Positions 62,907 to 64,000 of a stretch of 64,000 nucleotides of DNA are shown here, in pieces (the first letter of the stretch is position 1; each line of letters begins with the position of its first letter). The notes under the pieces were generated by a model. That model searched no databases, was not told where the DNA came from, and saw only the letters and a list, made by a program, of their open reading frames with translations. Source of the DNA: Dicyema japonicum. Lineage: Eukaryota; Animalia; Dicyemida. Made by a program: the position numbers and the translations under genes. Location of the stretch: NCBI GenBank assembly GCA_011109175.1, contig RDEW01000018.1, positions 312,887-376,886 on the forward strand, written 5' to 3'.

Positions 62907-64000
62907 CAGTAAAACCTCTCGAATCCGCCGCATTTTTTAAAAAATACAAAATTCCCTATGAGAAATTCTCGAATACGCCAATTTCTCTAATCCGCCGCAT
63001 TTTTAAAAATAATTTTTTTCATTTTCTTATTATTTTTATTTTTTTAATTCAAAAAAACTTCTACACGAGACATTATCATTTTTGTGTTGTTGGTCCTAAT
63101 GAAACGTAATTGTACAAGATTAAAAAATTCTGAAAAGCCTCAAATTATAAAATTTATCGGGAAAATCCAGGGATTTCGCTCACAAGAGTGTCTGAAATCT
63201 AATCCTGAAGATTCAGACGTGGTATTTCAAGACGATCCTTAAATGACCTGAGGAGCAAAGGGAATGTATCCACCTTGCTTTTTTCAAAATTATCTCGGAA
63301 TCCATCTCTCCATCTCACAAAATTTGTACAGATTTACTGCAAGTTGAAATAATGTTTTTACCAACAAATTCTTCATATTTTTTACAGCCGATGGACCAAG
63401 GATTCATTAAGAGATTCAAGACGTTATTAAATAAATACAAATTTCTCGAAATTATTGAAAAAATTGAACTCGGAAAATCATCAACCGAGACATGTAAAGA
63501 AATAAACCTTAAGGAATTTATACTCATCAACGATGGAAAAAGCTAAATAGTATAAAAAATAATAAGCTGTTTTTGACATGCTAAATGGACCGAAGATTTT
63601 ATTGAAGTAATTAATGACGATTTTTCGTTTGAAACTTATCAAGAATTCGTGTCAAGGCTGCAAATAAATGATCCAATTCCAAAAGATGAGTTTCTTCTCT
63701 ATGAGTATACATAGCATGAAAAGATCCTGGAAAATTTGAATGAAAATGATGAAGACAAAGAATGCATTAATGATGGAGAACAAAAAAATGAACAAGTCGT
63801 TTTAGACTATGATGCAATGAATGTGTCTATAAATTCAGGAAGTACTTTAAACAGAAGGATGAAGTTAACTTAAATGTCTTCAATCTCCTTGATGATGTTA
63901 GTAGAAACATCAAAACGAACATTAAAACAAGAATAACTGATTTTAAAAGAAATTAATGTTATTTTTTAATTAGTCTTTAGAAATTAAAAAATACATTTTA
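62907..64000 (+). mobile_element. Tigger/pogo transposon (left TIR + DDE_1 remnant), runs off the window
   Basis: CAGTAAAACCTCTCGAATCCG terminus; FLPTNSSYFLQPMDQGFIKRFK is the DDE_1 signature. Confidence 0.8.

Overview
AT-rich, TE-dense eukaryotic DNA in the standard genetic code. Genes are split by spliceosomal micro-introns of mostly 20-28 nt, which hides several from the ORF track. Micro-introns, a Pasha/DGCR8 gene and ciliary genes point to a reduced, ciliated animal; a dicyemid mesozoan fits best (inference). Host genes: WDR44, a short SSDP/SSBP LUFS protein, IFT43, an orphan coiled-coil protein, a Thr/Tyr/Trp-rich secreted repeat protein, a small DGCR8/Pasha, C2CD3, a small unknown gene and an IDE-like M16A peptidase. 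Much of the rest is decayed mobile DNA: Ingi/Vingi-like, RTE, CRE-like and R4/Dong-like non-LTR elements, Tigger/pogo, hAT-Buster, a Ginger-like integrase, a Helitron and tRNA-derived SINEs. Main findings: (1) a ~2.8 kb Ingi/Vingi-like LINE with a 5' structure of HDV-like ribozyme topology and a 2A (StopGo) peptide before the APE domain, plus three ~180-240 bp partners made of its head and tail; (2) a hidden mucin-like gene whose 104-bp repeat unit is one 81-bp exon plus one 23-nt intron. Many single-N junctions with duplicated flanks look like haplotype-overlap assembly artefacts. All homology calls come from visual motif recognition, not database searches, and TE boundaries are approximate.
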